From assembly GCA_046599085.1 (NCBI GenBank), contig JBKJHI010000003.1, positions 1 through 62,239 of the forward strand: 62,239 nucleotides of DNA, in the 5' to 3' direction. The notes below the pieces were generated by a model. It was given only the letters and a program-made list of their open reading frames with translations. It was not told the DNA's origin and ran no database searches. Shown here in pieces: positions 35,531 through 44,534 of the stretch. The DNA is from Candidatus Limnocylindrales bacterium (GTDB lineage: Bacteria; Chloroflexota; Limnocylindria; Limnocylindrales; CSP1-4). The first letter of the stretch is position 1, and each line of letters starts with the position of its first letter. The position numbers were made by a program, and so were the translations under genes.

Positions 35531-36364
35531 TTGCATGTGCGAACAGGCCGCCGCAGTGCGGTCGTCGTCGCCCTCGTGGCAGCGGCATTGACCATCGGGG
35601 TCGTCGGCCCCAGCGCCTCCGCGGCCACTGCGCCGTCCGGGCTCCTCCGATTTCGCGAGGCCGTCGGCCAGGTCGAGTCGGGCGGGAATTACACGGCCCG
35701 GAATCTGACCTCCGGCGCCTACGGCAAGTACCAGATCATGCCGTCCAATTGGCCCTCCTGGGCAAATGCGTACCTCGGCGATTCCGGCGCCTCGTGGACG
35801 CCGCGCAACCAGGACACGGTCGCATCCGGGAAGATGACCTCCCTGTATCGATGGCTTGGCAGCTGGCGGCGCGTCGCGTACTGGTGGCTGACCGGCTCAT
35901 CGAAGACGAGCGGCTGGACGTCGTACGCCACGACCTACGTCAACAAGGTGATGGCCGAATACAGCGGCGGCACATCGACCGCGTCGACCGTCGTCATCGC
36001 GCGCGCCCAGGAGACGAATTCGACGATCGACTACGACGGGACGTGGAAGACTGCCGGGCACTCGGCGTACGCCGGGGATGCGGTCCGCTACGCGACGGCG
36101 GCCGGCGCCACCTCCGAGTTCGCGTTCACCGGGCGCCGGATCGTGTGGTACGGGCCGGAGGGCCCCACGCGCGGGCAGGCCAAGGTGTACGTCGACGGCG
36201 TGTACATCAGGACCGTGGACACGCGCCGCAGCTCGTTCCTTGCCCGGAGCGCGCTGTTCAGCCAGCGCTGGTCCACGGCGGGCGAGCACACGATCCGGAT
36301 CGTGGTCGTCGGCACGAAGGGTCGGCCGATGGTCGCGCTCGACGAGTTCCAGATCACCCGCTGA
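35531..36364 (+). CDS. secreted transglycosylase-like (SLT/Rpf-related) domain protein with C-terminal beta-rich domain
   Basis: TTG start 9-10 nt after GGGAGGAAGG, signal peptide ending ASAA, and VESGGNYTARNLTSGAYGKYQIMPSNW. Confidence 0.75.
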   Translation: MHVRTGRRSAVVVALVAAALTIGVVGPSASAATAPSGLLRFREAVGQVESGGNYTARNLTSGAYGKYQIMPSNWPSWANAYLGDSGASWTPRNQDTVASGKMTSLYRWLGSWRRVAYWWLTGSSKTSGWTSYATTYVNKVMAEYSGGTSTASTVVIARAQETNSTIDYDGTWKTAGHSAYAGDAVRYATAAGATSEFAFTGRRIVWYGPEGPTRGQAKVYVDGVYIRTVDTRRSSFLARSALFSQRWSTAGEHTIRIVVVGTKGRPMVALDEFQITR

Positions 36365-36395
36365 TCACCCACCCGCGGTGGTGTCGGCGGCGCGC

Positions 36396-36776
36396 TCAGC
36401 GCGTCGCCAGCACCTCGATCTCGATGCGGAAGTCCTCGGCCAGGGCGGTCACGCCGACCGTCGCGCGCGTCGGGGGCTCGGTCGGGAAGAACTCGCGGTA
36501 GACCGCGTTCATGGCGCCGAACTCACTGAAGTCGCGCAGGTAGACCGTGCACTTCACGACGTCGGCGTAGTCCAGGCCGGCCGCGTTGAGCAGCCGGCCG
36601 ACGTTCTCCAGCATCTGGCGCGTTTCCGCCTCGATGCCACCGGGCACGGCGCCAGGCGTGCCGGGCACGTCGCCGACCTGGCCGGCCAGAAAGACGAAGC
36701 CGTTGGCTTCGACGACCTCGCTGAAGGGGTAGCGGCTGGGCGGGATCCCGGGCAGGTCCGGCACGGTCTTGGGCAT
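36396..36776 (-). CDS. RidA/YjgF-family protein
   Basis: 126 aa from ATG 36776 (GAGGAG RBS). Typical end pattern ARATVGVTALAEDFRIEIEVLA. Confidence 0.85.
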   Translation of the reverse strand: MPKTVPDLPGIPPSRYPFSEVVEANGFVFLAGQVGDVPGTPGAVPGGIEAETRQMLENVGRLLNAAGLDYADVVKCTVYLRDFSEFGAMNAVYREFFPTEPPTRATVGVTALAEDFRIEIEVLATR

Positions 36777-36840
36777 CGAGGTCTCCTCATGGGCTGACGG
36801 ACCACGAGTGTGGCGCATCGCCTGTAGCCTGTGCTCGCTG

Positions 36841-37800
36841 ATGATGACGACGATGCCCGCTCCGGACGGACCCGCGATCCAGACGCGTGGCCTCGGCAAG
36901 CGCTACGACCGCGACGCGCCGCCGGCCCTCGCGGACCTGGACCTCACTGTCCGGCGCGGCGAGATCTTCGGCTTCCTCGGCCCCAACGGTGCCGGCAAGT
37001 CCACGACCATCCGGCTGCTGCTGGGATTCCTGCACGCGACGACCGGCCAGGCCACGGTGCTCGGCCACGACATCGAGCGAGAGTCGGTCGCGATCCGGCG
37101 TCGGATCGGCTACCTGCCGGGCGGCATCGCCTTCTGGGACGAACTCACCGGGGAACGGCTGCTGGACGATCTCGCCGCCCTGTCGGGTACCCCGTCCAGC
37201 CTGCGGGCGGAGCTGCTCGATCGGCTGGAGTTGTCCGCGGCCACCCTCCGCCGCCCGGTGCGCGAGTACTCGAGAGGCATGCGCCAGAAACTGGGCATCG
37301 TGCAGGCACTGCAGCACGACCCCGAGCTGGCCATCCTCGATGAACCGTCCGAAGGGCTCGATCCGCTCATGCAGCGGGCGTTCTACGCGATCCTCGACGA
37401 CCGCAAGACCGCCGGCCGAACGATCTTCTTCTCCTCGCACGTCCTGTCGGAAGTCGAGCGTGTGTGCGACCGGGTCGCGATCGTGCGCCACGGCCGTCTG
37501 GTGGCGCTCGAGGACGTCCCGACCTTGCTGACGCGGCGCAAGCGCCAGGTCGAGCTCGTCGTGCGGGGCGCCGTACCGCCCCTGGCCGGGATCCCGGGTG
37601 TCAGCGACCTCGTCATCGATGGGTCGCGCGTGCGCTGTCGGCTCGAGGGTGAGGTGGGCGTGTTCCTGGCGGCGATCGCCGCCGCCGATGTCGTGGACCT
37701 GACGATCGAGCCGGCGAGCCTCGAAGACGCGTTCCTCGAGTTCTACGCTGACGATGCTGACCCTCACGTCGACGCCACCGATGGCGCGGTCCGCTCATGA
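36841..37800 (+). CDS. ABC transporter ATP-binding protein (ABC-2 type)
   Basis: Walker A GPNGAGKST, signature YSRGMRQK, Walker B LAILDEPSEGLD. Confidence 0.9.
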   Translation: MMTTMPAPDGPAIQTRGLGKRYDRDAPPALADLDLTVRRGEIFGFLGPNGAGKSTTIRLLLGFLHATTGQATVLGHDIERESVAIRRRIGYLPGGIAFWDELTGERLLDDLAALSGTPSSLRAELLDRLELSAATLRRPVREYSRGMRQKLGIVQALQHDPELAILDEPSEGLDPLMQRAFYAILDDRKTAGRTIFFSSHVLSEVERVCDRVAIVRHGRLVALEDVPTLLTRRKRQVELVVRGAVPPLAGIPGVSDLVIDGSRVRCRLEGEVGVFLAAIAAADVVDLTIEPASLEDAFLEFYADDADPHVDATDGAVRS

Positions 37801-38609
37801 GCCCGGCCCTGCTCGGTCACGCCTGGCGGGCGTACCGGATCCGTCTGCTCGTCGTCTCGGCGGCGCTCGCGTTGTGGGGCACGCTGCCGCCGATCATCTT
37901 CGATGCCTTCGGCGAGGAGATCGGCGCGATCATGGACAGCGGGATCATCCCCGAGCAGTTCATGCAGTTCGCCGAGTTCGGTGGTGGGGACCTGTTCAGC
38001 CTGGCTGGCTCCGTGGCGCTCGGATTCATCCACCCGATCGCCGTCGGACTCGGGCTCGTGTTCTCGGTCGGGTTCGCGAGCGCGGCCATCGCAGGGGAGC
38101 GACAGCGCGGGACCCTGGAAGTGCTGCTCGCCCGGCCGCTGTCGCGCCGACAGGTGTACGTGACGATGGCGGTGGCCACCGGCCTGTTCATCGGCCTGTC
38201 GCTGGCGGCGCTCACTCTGGGGGCGCTGGGCGGTGCCTCGCTGACCGGACGGGTCACCGAGCTCGGGCCGGGCAACCTCCCGCTGCTGTGGCTCAACGCG
38301 TTCCTGCTGTACGGGGCGTTCGGGGCGATCTCGCTGGCGGCGTCGGTCTCGTTCGATCGGCTGGCGCCTGCGATCAGTATCTCGCTCACCGTCGTACTCG
38401 TCTCGTACTTCCTCGACGTGATCGGCGATCTGTGGCCGGACGCCTCGTTCCTCCAGCCGTTCTCGCCGTTCCACTACCTCGACGCGCGCGGCGCGCTGAC
38501 GGGTCTTGCCGAGGCCTCGAACTTCGTGGTATTGGCCGCGGTCATCGTGGTCGCCATGGGGTATGCGCTGGTGGTCTTCCCCCGACGGGACCTGGCAGCG
38601 CCGAGCTGA
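37797..38609 (+). CDS. ABC-2 type transporter permease
   Basis: 4-bp overlap with the ATPase gene. Six hydrophobic segments and GERQRGTLEVLLARPLSR. Confidence 0.75.
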   Translation: MSPALLGHAWRAYRIRLLVVSAALALWGTLPPIIFDAFGEEIGAIMDSGIIPEQFMQFAEFGGGDLFSLAGSVALGFIHPIAVGLGLVFSVGFASAAIAGERQRGTLEVLLARPLSRRQVYVTMAVATGLFIGLSLAALTLGALGGASLTGRVTELGPGNLPLLWLNAFLLYGAFGAISLAASVSFDRLAPAISISLTVVLVSYFLDVIGDLWPDASFLQPFSPFHYLDARGALTGLAEASNFVVLAAVIVVAMGYALVVFPRRDLAAPS

Positions 38610-38708
38610 CCTCGCCGGGCACGTAGCCCGCGGGGCAAACGAGGCGCGAAAGCGCCGATTCCCCCGGGCCACGTGTCATGCCACCCAGGGCCTGACGGCG
38701 TCGAGCCG

Positions 38709-39932
38709 TCATTCGATGGCGACGATCCGGTAGTTGGCCGTCCCGCGCGGAGTGGCCACGACGACATCGTCGTCGACCCGTGCGCCGATGAGGGCACGTC
38801 CGACCGGTGATGCCACCGACAGGCGGCCCGCGCCAAGATCGGATTCCGCCGACCCGACCAGCGTGTAGCGGATCGGCGGTTCCTCGCCGTCAACGACGAT
38901 CGTGACCACCGAACCGAGGTCCGCCCGGTCGCCCGTGGGGGCCGCGGCCACGACGGCAGTCCGGAGGCGCGCCTCGATGGCCTGGATCCGGCCCTCGAGG
39001 AAGGACTGCTCCTCGCGCGCCGCCGTGTAGTCGGCGTTCTCCTTGAGGTCGCCGAACTCCTTGGCCGTGCGGATCCGGGCGATGACGCTCGGGCGCTTGT
39101 CGCGGATGAGGTCGTCGAGTTCCGCCTGGAGCCGCTCGATGCCGTCGGCCGTCAGGATCGATGGGTCCGGGGCGGGTGCCGTGGACGGCGCCTTGGGCCG
39201 CGGGCTTGGCGCACGGGGCGCCCGTGCTGCGGCCGCTGCCGGCGAAGCGGCGCGTGGCCTGGTCCTGGCTGCAGCCGCGGCCGCCGTGGCTCGGGCGCGC
39301 CCGGATACCGGTGGCTCGCCGTTGGCGCCGTCCGCGTCACCATCCGCGATGACGACGACACGGGTCGGGGGCGCTGCCGGCTCCTTGGGCTCGACGATGA
39401 GCGAGCCGGTCAGGCCAGTGGCCTTCCGCTCTCCGGTGGGACGCCGCAGGTTGGCGAACGGCAGCACGACATCGCGATCGGGCAGGGCCGCTCGTTCCTC
39501 GTCGGACACGCCCTCGGCGAACGCCGCCAGCAGCGCGTCTTCGTATTCCAGCGGGGCGTTGGTCGAGGCCCACCAGATGCGGCAGGTCGGGAGGATCTTC
39601 AGGGCCTTCAACCAGTGTCCGGCGCTGTGGGGGCGACGGTCGCCCAGGGCCGTCTTGTCCATCGCCGAGGTCCGTCCACCGACGGACGTCTCGGCCGCGC
39701 CGATGTAGAGGACGGTCTGCGACGGGAGCCAGAAGCCGGCGAGCCGCGCCTGGAGCGCCTTGGAGGTCGGGATCTCGCCATCGAGGCGCAGGGAGGCGAC
39801 GCGCCCGAGCCAGACGCCAAGACGGGTCAGCTCCAGCGGTGGTGTCGGGAGCGGTGCCGGAAGCTCGATGAGGAACACGCCCGGGCCGCGGGCGGGAACG
39901 GGACGGCCATAGGGGAGGGGGCCGTCGGCCAT
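38709..39932 (-). CDS. GreA-type transcript cleavage factor fused to an unknown ~200-aa N-terminal domain
   Basis: The C-terminal ~155 aa are a full GreA (LQAELDDLIRDKRP, FGDLKENADYTAAREEQ, SPVGRALIG). A single frame continues through an Ala/Pro/Arg linker into an N-terminal domain. Start ATG 39932 or GTG 39986. Confidence 0.8.
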   Translation of the reverse strand: MADGPLPYGRPVPARGPGVFLIELPAPLPTPPLELTRLGVWLGRVASLRLDGEIPTSKALQARLAGFWLPSQTVLYIGAAETSVGGRTSAMDKTALGDRRPHSAGHWLKALKILPTCRIWWASTNAPLEYEDALLAAFAEGVSDEERAALPDRDVVLPFANLRRPTGERKATGLTGSLIVEPKEPAAPPTRVVVIADGDADGANGEPPVSGRARATAAAAAARTRPRAASPAAAAARAPRAPSPRPKAPSTAPAPDPSILTADGIERLQAELDDLIRDKRPSVIARIRTAKEFGDLKENADYTAAREEQSFLEGRIQAIEARLRTAVVAAAPTGDRADLGSVVTIVVDGEEPPIRYTLVGSAESDLGAGRLSVASPVGRALIGARVDDDVVVATPRGTANYRIVAIE

Positions 39933-40032
39933 GAGGCCGACGTCGCGCAGCAGCGCGGCCCCGGTCCGGGGGGTCAGGGAAGTCACGCACCGAATGGTAC
40001 CCGCGACCGACCGCGAGTACGGTACGGGCTGC

Positions 40033-41412
40033 ATGGCCCCGTCTCCGTCACGCCGGCTCCGTCGCCGGATCCTGCCACTCCTGCTCGTCGTCGCGACCGG
40101 CGCCGCCGGTGCGCTGCTCCTCGGGCCGCGGATCGTCGGCGCCCCCATCAGCGACGCCGACCAGCCGCCGTCGGCTGCCGCAGCGGTCCCGACGACGGCG
40201 CCAGCTGTGCCGTCCCCGAGCGTCGCCACGGCGCCGCCAACGCCGTTCCCGACCCTCGTCCCGTCCACGGCGGAGCCAACGCCGGCGCCGACCACGGCGC
40301 CGGTGCCGGAGCGGCTCAGCGCGACCGCCCCTCGGCGCGAGGCCCTTGCCGACAGCCTTGACCGGCTGCGCGAGCGCGCCGGGATCCCCGGCGTCTCGGT
40401 CGCGATCATCTTCGCGGACGGCACGGTCTGGCTGGGCCAGAGCGGCCTGGCCGACATCGAGCGACGGATCCCCGTGGCGCCGGACACGGCCTTCGCGATC
40501 GCGAGCGTGTCCAAGACCTTCACCGCGGCGCTCATCCTCGATCTCGTCGACGACGGCCTCCTGGCGGTCGACGAGCGGGTGACGACGTACCTGCCGGACC
40601 TGGACCTGGCGATCGACCCGAAGACGACCGTGCGCCAGCTGCTCGACCACACGAGCGGGCTGCGCGACTACTTCTTCGACCCGCGGATCGACAGGGCGCT
40701 CCTCTCGGCGACGGACGCACGGTGGACCGCGGCCAGGGCGCTCGGTTACGTTGGCAAGCCCTATTTCAAGCCGGGCCGTGGCTGGCACTACTCGAACACG
40801 AACTACCTCGTCCTCGGGCTCGTCGCCGAAGCCGTGTCCGGCGAGACCCTGGCCGACCTGTATCGCACGCGGTTCCTCGTCCCGCTGGGTCTTCGCGACA
40901 CCGTCTATCAGCCGGCCGGCCCATCGAGCGGGCCAGTGGCCCTTGGTTACCGGTTCGCGTCGGGCAGCCTGAAGGCGCCAGCCATCGACCTCTCCGACGG
41001 GACGGGCGTCGTGCCGTTCACCTCGGTCGTGACGGCGGCCGCGGCGGCCGGCGGCATCGCATCGAGCGCCAGGGATATCGCCAGCTGGGCGCGGGCCGTC
41101 TACGGGGGCGAGGCGCTATCGCCGGCCGCCCTCGGCGCCATGCTCGGCGACATCGAGCGCACGGATCGGCTGAAGCCCGGCATCCCGTACGGGCTGGGTG
41201 TGCAGGCCATCGAGATCGACGGTCGCCTGACCTACGGCCACAGCGGACGGCTGCTGGGATTTCGTGCGGTCATGCGCCACCTGCCGCAGGAAGGCCTGAC
41301 GATCGCGGTCCTCACGAACCAGAGTCGGGCCGATCCGGCGACGATCGCTCGATCACTCCTGCGCGTGGCCCTGCGCCCGATCGAGCATTGCACCTGCACC
41401 GGTCGCGACTGA
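40033..41412 (+). CDS. serine hydrolase (beta-lactamase/PBP4-like family), secreted
   Basis: Signal/TM segment, Pro/Ala linker, SxxK motif (ASVSKTF) and YSNTNY. Confidence 0.85.
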   Translation: MAPSPSRRLRRRILPLLLVVATGAAGALLLGPRIVGAPISDADQPPSAAAAVPTTAPAVPSPSVATAPPTPFPTLVPSTAEPTPAPTTAPVPERLSATAPRREALADSLDRLRERAGIPGVSVAIIFADGTVWLGQSGLADIERRIPVAPDTAFAIASVSKTFTAALILDLVDDGLLAVDERVTTYLPDLDLAIDPKTTVRQLLDHTSGLRDYFFDPRIDRALLSATDARWTAARALGYVGKPYFKPGRGWHYSNTNYLVLGLVAEAVSGETLADLYRTRFLVPLGLRDTVYQPAGPSSGPVALGYRFASGSLKAPAIDLSDGTGVVPFTSVVTAAAAAGGIASSARDIASWARAVYGGEALSPAALGAMLGDIERTDRLKPGIPYGLGVQAIEIDGRLTYGHSGRLLGFRAVMRHLPQEGLTIAVLTNQSRADPATIARSLLRVALRPIEHCTCTGRD

Positions 41413-41423
41413 CCGACGTCGGC

Positions 41424-42707
41424 TCAGCGGCCGTGCCGCGACCCTGACGTGGACCGCTCGGGAGCACCGGGGCGGCGGCGGACCGGCTTGCGGTGGGCGT
41501 GATGCTCGGTCGTGACCCGCGCGTGGCCGGCGCGCATGCCGAGTGGACGGGGCTCGACGTTCCGATCCGGGACGAAGCCGTCCTCGACGGTCCACGGGAT
41601 GGCCTTCTTGAGCATCTTCTGGACCCCGCGCAACAGGTCAACCTCGTCGATGCAGACGAGGCTGATCGCGGTGCCGCTGGCGCCCGCCCTGCCGGTCCGA
41701 CCGATGCGGTGGATGTAGTCCTGCGGGTTCCACGGGAGTTCGAAATTGACCACGACCGGCATGTCCTCGATGTCAAGGCCGCGGGCGGCGACATCGGTGG
41801 CGACGAGGATCCGGATCTCCCCGGTCTTGAAGCCTGCGAGCGCCCGGGTGCGTTCAGGCTGCGACCGGTCGCTGTGGATGGCGACGGCATCGATGCCCTC
41901 GCGGTCCAGGCGGGCGGCCAGGCGGGACGCGGCGAGCTTCGTGCGCGTGAAGACGAGGACCTGGTGCAGATCGTGCGAGCGGATCAGGTGCGCGAGCAGC
42001 GCTTCCTTGCGGTCCCGGTCCACCGGGTAGACCAGCTGCTCGACCATCTCGGCCGCCTGGTTGCGCGGCGCGACCTCGACCGTGGCCGGGTCCCGCAGGA
42101 TCGACCCGGACAGGCGCCGGATGTCCTCCGAGAAGGTGGCCGAGAACATCAGGTTCTGACGCTTGGCCGGGAGGAGTTCGATGATCCGCTGGATGTCCGG
42201 CAGGAAGCCCATGTCGAGCATCCGGTCCGCCTCGTCGAGGACCAGGATCTCGACCTGGGAAAGGTTGGCGACCCGCTGGCCGACGAGATCGAGCAGGCGC
42301 CCGGGCGTCGCGACCAGGATCTCGATCCCGCCGCGCAGGGCCTTGATCTGCGGATCCATCGGCATCCCGCCGTAGACCACGGTCGAGCGCAGGGGCACGG
42401 TCCGGCCGTACGTCCGCACGCTCTCGTCGACCTGCACCGCGAGCTCGCGGGTGGGCACGAGGATGAGCGCCCGGACCGGGTGGCGGGCAGGGGAGAACGA
42501 CGTGTTCGCGTGCGGTCGGAGGCGGTCGAGGATCGGCAGCGTGAAGGCCGCCGTCTTGCCGGTGCCGGTCTGGGCCGCAGCGAGGACGTCACGTCCGCCG
42601 AGCACGAGGGGGATGGCTGCTTCCTGGACCGGCGTCGGGGCGGTGTAGCCCTCTTCCGTGACGGTCTTGAGGAGATCGGCCGACAGGCCGAGCGTTTCGA
42701 AGGTCAA
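41424..42707 (-). CDS. DEAD-box ATP-dependent RNA helicase (RhlE-like)
   Basis: Q-motif, AQTGTGKT, DEAD, SAT and HRIGRTGRAG motifs. Confidence 0.95.
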   Translation of the reverse strand: MTFETLGLSADLLKTVTEEGYTAPTPVQEAAIPLVLGGRDVLAAAQTGTGKTAAFTLPILDRLRPHANTSFSPARHPVRALILVPTRELAVQVDESVRTYGRTVPLRSTVVYGGMPMDPQIKALRGGIEILVATPGRLLDLVGQRVANLSQVEILVLDEADRMLDMGFLPDIQRIIELLPAKRQNLMFSATFSEDIRRLSGSILRDPATVEVAPRNQAAEMVEQLVYPVDRDRKEALLAHLIRSHDLHQVLVFTRTKLAASRLAARLDREGIDAVAIHSDRSQPERTRALAGFKTGEIRILVATDVAARGLDIEDMPVVVNFELPWNPQDYIHRIGRTGRAGASGTAISLVCIDEVDLLRGVQKMLKKAIPWTVEDGFVPDRNVEPRPLGMRAGHARVTTEHHAHRKPVRRRPGAPERSTSGSRHGR

Positions 42708-42845
42708 GCGTTGGCTCCTGCGATGATCCTGGGTCCGTCAGCGGCACCAGGGCGGGAGCGCGACGGCGGCGGGCTGGTTCGTCATCGGTCGTGGATGGCG
42801 AAGGCCGACCTCGCGGAGCATAGCCCATATCGGTACGATCGAGGC

Positions 42846-43358
42846 ATGTCGACGCCTGCCACCCTCGCCATCGCCCGACTCATCGAGGCCCGGATGGCCC
42901 ACCTGGTCCGCGAGTACACGAGCCCGGAGCGGCGCGGGCGCGACCGGGATGCGCGGCCCGATTACGGCCTGGAGGCGGCCGCCGCACTCGGCGTCGAGCC
43001 CGCTCGGGTGGGCAAGACGCTCATCGTTTCGGTCGATGGCGCGCTGGTCGCCGCGGTCGTCCCGGTCGACCGCACCCTGGATCTCAAGGCCCTCGCATCC
43101 GTGGTCGGCGGCCGACGCGCTGCACTGGCCGATCCGATCGCCGCGGAACGTGCGACGGGCTTCGTCGTCGGAGGTATCAGTCCGATCGGGATGCGCCGTC
43201 AGCTGCCCGTGGTCATCGACGCGTCGCTGATGGGCCATGAGACGGTCCTCGTCTCGGCTGGGCGGCGCGGGTTGCAGCTGGAGCTCGCGCCGGGCGACCT
43301 GGCGGTCGTGGCTGCGGCCATCGTCGGGCGCATCGGGCGGCCGCCTGGACTCGTCTGA
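42846..43358 (+). CDS. ybaK: YbaK/EbsC-type aminoacyl-tRNA deacylase
   Basis: 170 aa from ATG 42846. The pattern KTLIV...VPVDRTLDLKALA...TGFVVGGISPIG is typical of YbaK. Confidence 0.8.
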   Translation: MSTPATLAIARLIEARMAHLVREYTSPERRGRDRDARPDYGLEAAAALGVEPARVGKTLIVSVDGALVAAVVPVDRTLDLKALASVVGGRRAALADPIAAERATGFVVGGISPIGMRRQLPVVIDASLMGHETVLVSAGRRGLQLELAPGDLAVVAAAIVGRIGRPPGLV

Positions 43359-43724
43359 CATCTGGTCCATCGGGCGTAGGACGGCTCGACCGATGACTGG
43401 CATACTTTTGCAAGGCCCCCAGGCCAGCACCCCATAGACAGGGCACAACTCGAAGACGCCGCCCCCCACGGCAGGACCTGTCGACTCGCCGAGACGATCC
43501 TCGGCACCACCGCACCCGACGCGGCTCACCCGCATTCGGACCGGTGACCGGGCCAGCCTGTGCTCACCACAGGCCCGTCCTCGCACGCTCCCTACCTTGC
43601 CACGGGCGGCCCAACCCACCGTCGCCGTGCCTGCGTGCCCGGCGTTCTGGCGGATCAGGAGGCATGACTGTTGCCGGTACCAAGCAGCGGCGCCCAGCGG
43701 GCGTCCACCTCGCGGTCACTTCGC

Positions 43725-44519
43725 ATGACCGTGTTCACGCTCGTCGCGACGCTCGTCCTTGGGCTCGGCGCGATGGCCCATCCAGCAGACGCATCGGCGG
43801 CCAGCGTCAAGGTCGTCATCGTGGTCGGCCCGGTCGGCTCCAAGACGGCTGAGTATCGGAACAGCGCGCAGTTCTACGCGAAGGTCGCCCGCTCGTACGG
43901 CGCCAGCGTCACCGAGATCTACAGCCCCAACGCCACGTGGACCCGGGTCAAGAGCGCGCTCCAGGGCGCCAACCTGCTGATCTACCTCGGTCACGGGAAT
44001 GGCTACCCCAGCCCATACGGCTCGTTCCAGAAGTACACCAAGAACGGCATGGGGCTCAACGCCACGGCGAACAACGGGAACTCCAACACCAAATACTGGG
44101 GCGAGTACTACATCGACCGGGATATCCAGATGGCGCCCAACGCCGTGGTCATCCTGAACCGGCTGTGCTACGCCTCCGGCAACTCCGAGTGGGGCTCGTC
44201 CGACCCCACCAAGTCGACCGCGATCAAGCGCGTCGACAACTACGGGGCCGGGTTCCTGCGCGCCGGCGCACGAGCGGTCTTCGCCGAGGCGATCGAGAGC
44301 GCCAGCTACACGCTGCGCTCACTGCTCGGTGGGGCGCGGACGATGGACTCGATCCTCATGAGCCACCCGGACGCCAGCAGTGCGCGCGACTTCACGTTCA
44401 CGTCGACGCGCACGACGTGGGCGCGGGCGCACATGGATCCGCCTCGTTCGAACAAGTACTGGCGCTCGCTCATCGGCGACCTGCAGCTCACCGCACCCCA
44501 GTTCCGCGCCGGGGGCTGA
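43725..44519 (+). CDS. secreted protein with caspase-fold-like His-Gly / Cys pattern (unknown family)
   Basis: Signal peptide (MTVFTLVATLVLGLGAMAHPADASA), then beta-strand/helix alternation with LLIYLGHGNG and VVILNRLCYASG. Confidence 0.65.
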   Translation: MTVFTLVATLVLGLGAMAHPADASAASVKVVIVVGPVGSKTAEYRNSAQFYAKVARSYGASVTEIYSPNATWTRVKSALQGANLLIYLGHGNGYPSPYGSFQKYTKNGMGLNATANNGNSNTKYWGEYYIDRDIQMAPNAVVILNRLCYASGNSEWGSSDPTKSTAIKRVDNYGAGFLRAGARAVFAEAIESASYTLRSLLGGARTMDSILMSHPDASSARDFTFTSTRTTWARAHMDPPRSNKYWRSLIGDLQLTAPQFRAGG

Positions 44520-44534
44520 CCCCGGCCGAGCAGA

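Noticed and set aside
43359-43724. Small RNA or ORF in the long spacer after ybaK
   Set aside because: There is no convincing hairpin-plus-U-tract terminator, no RBS-preceded ORF and no recognisable RNA motif. It is mentioned only as a long leader of the downstream secreted-protein gene.
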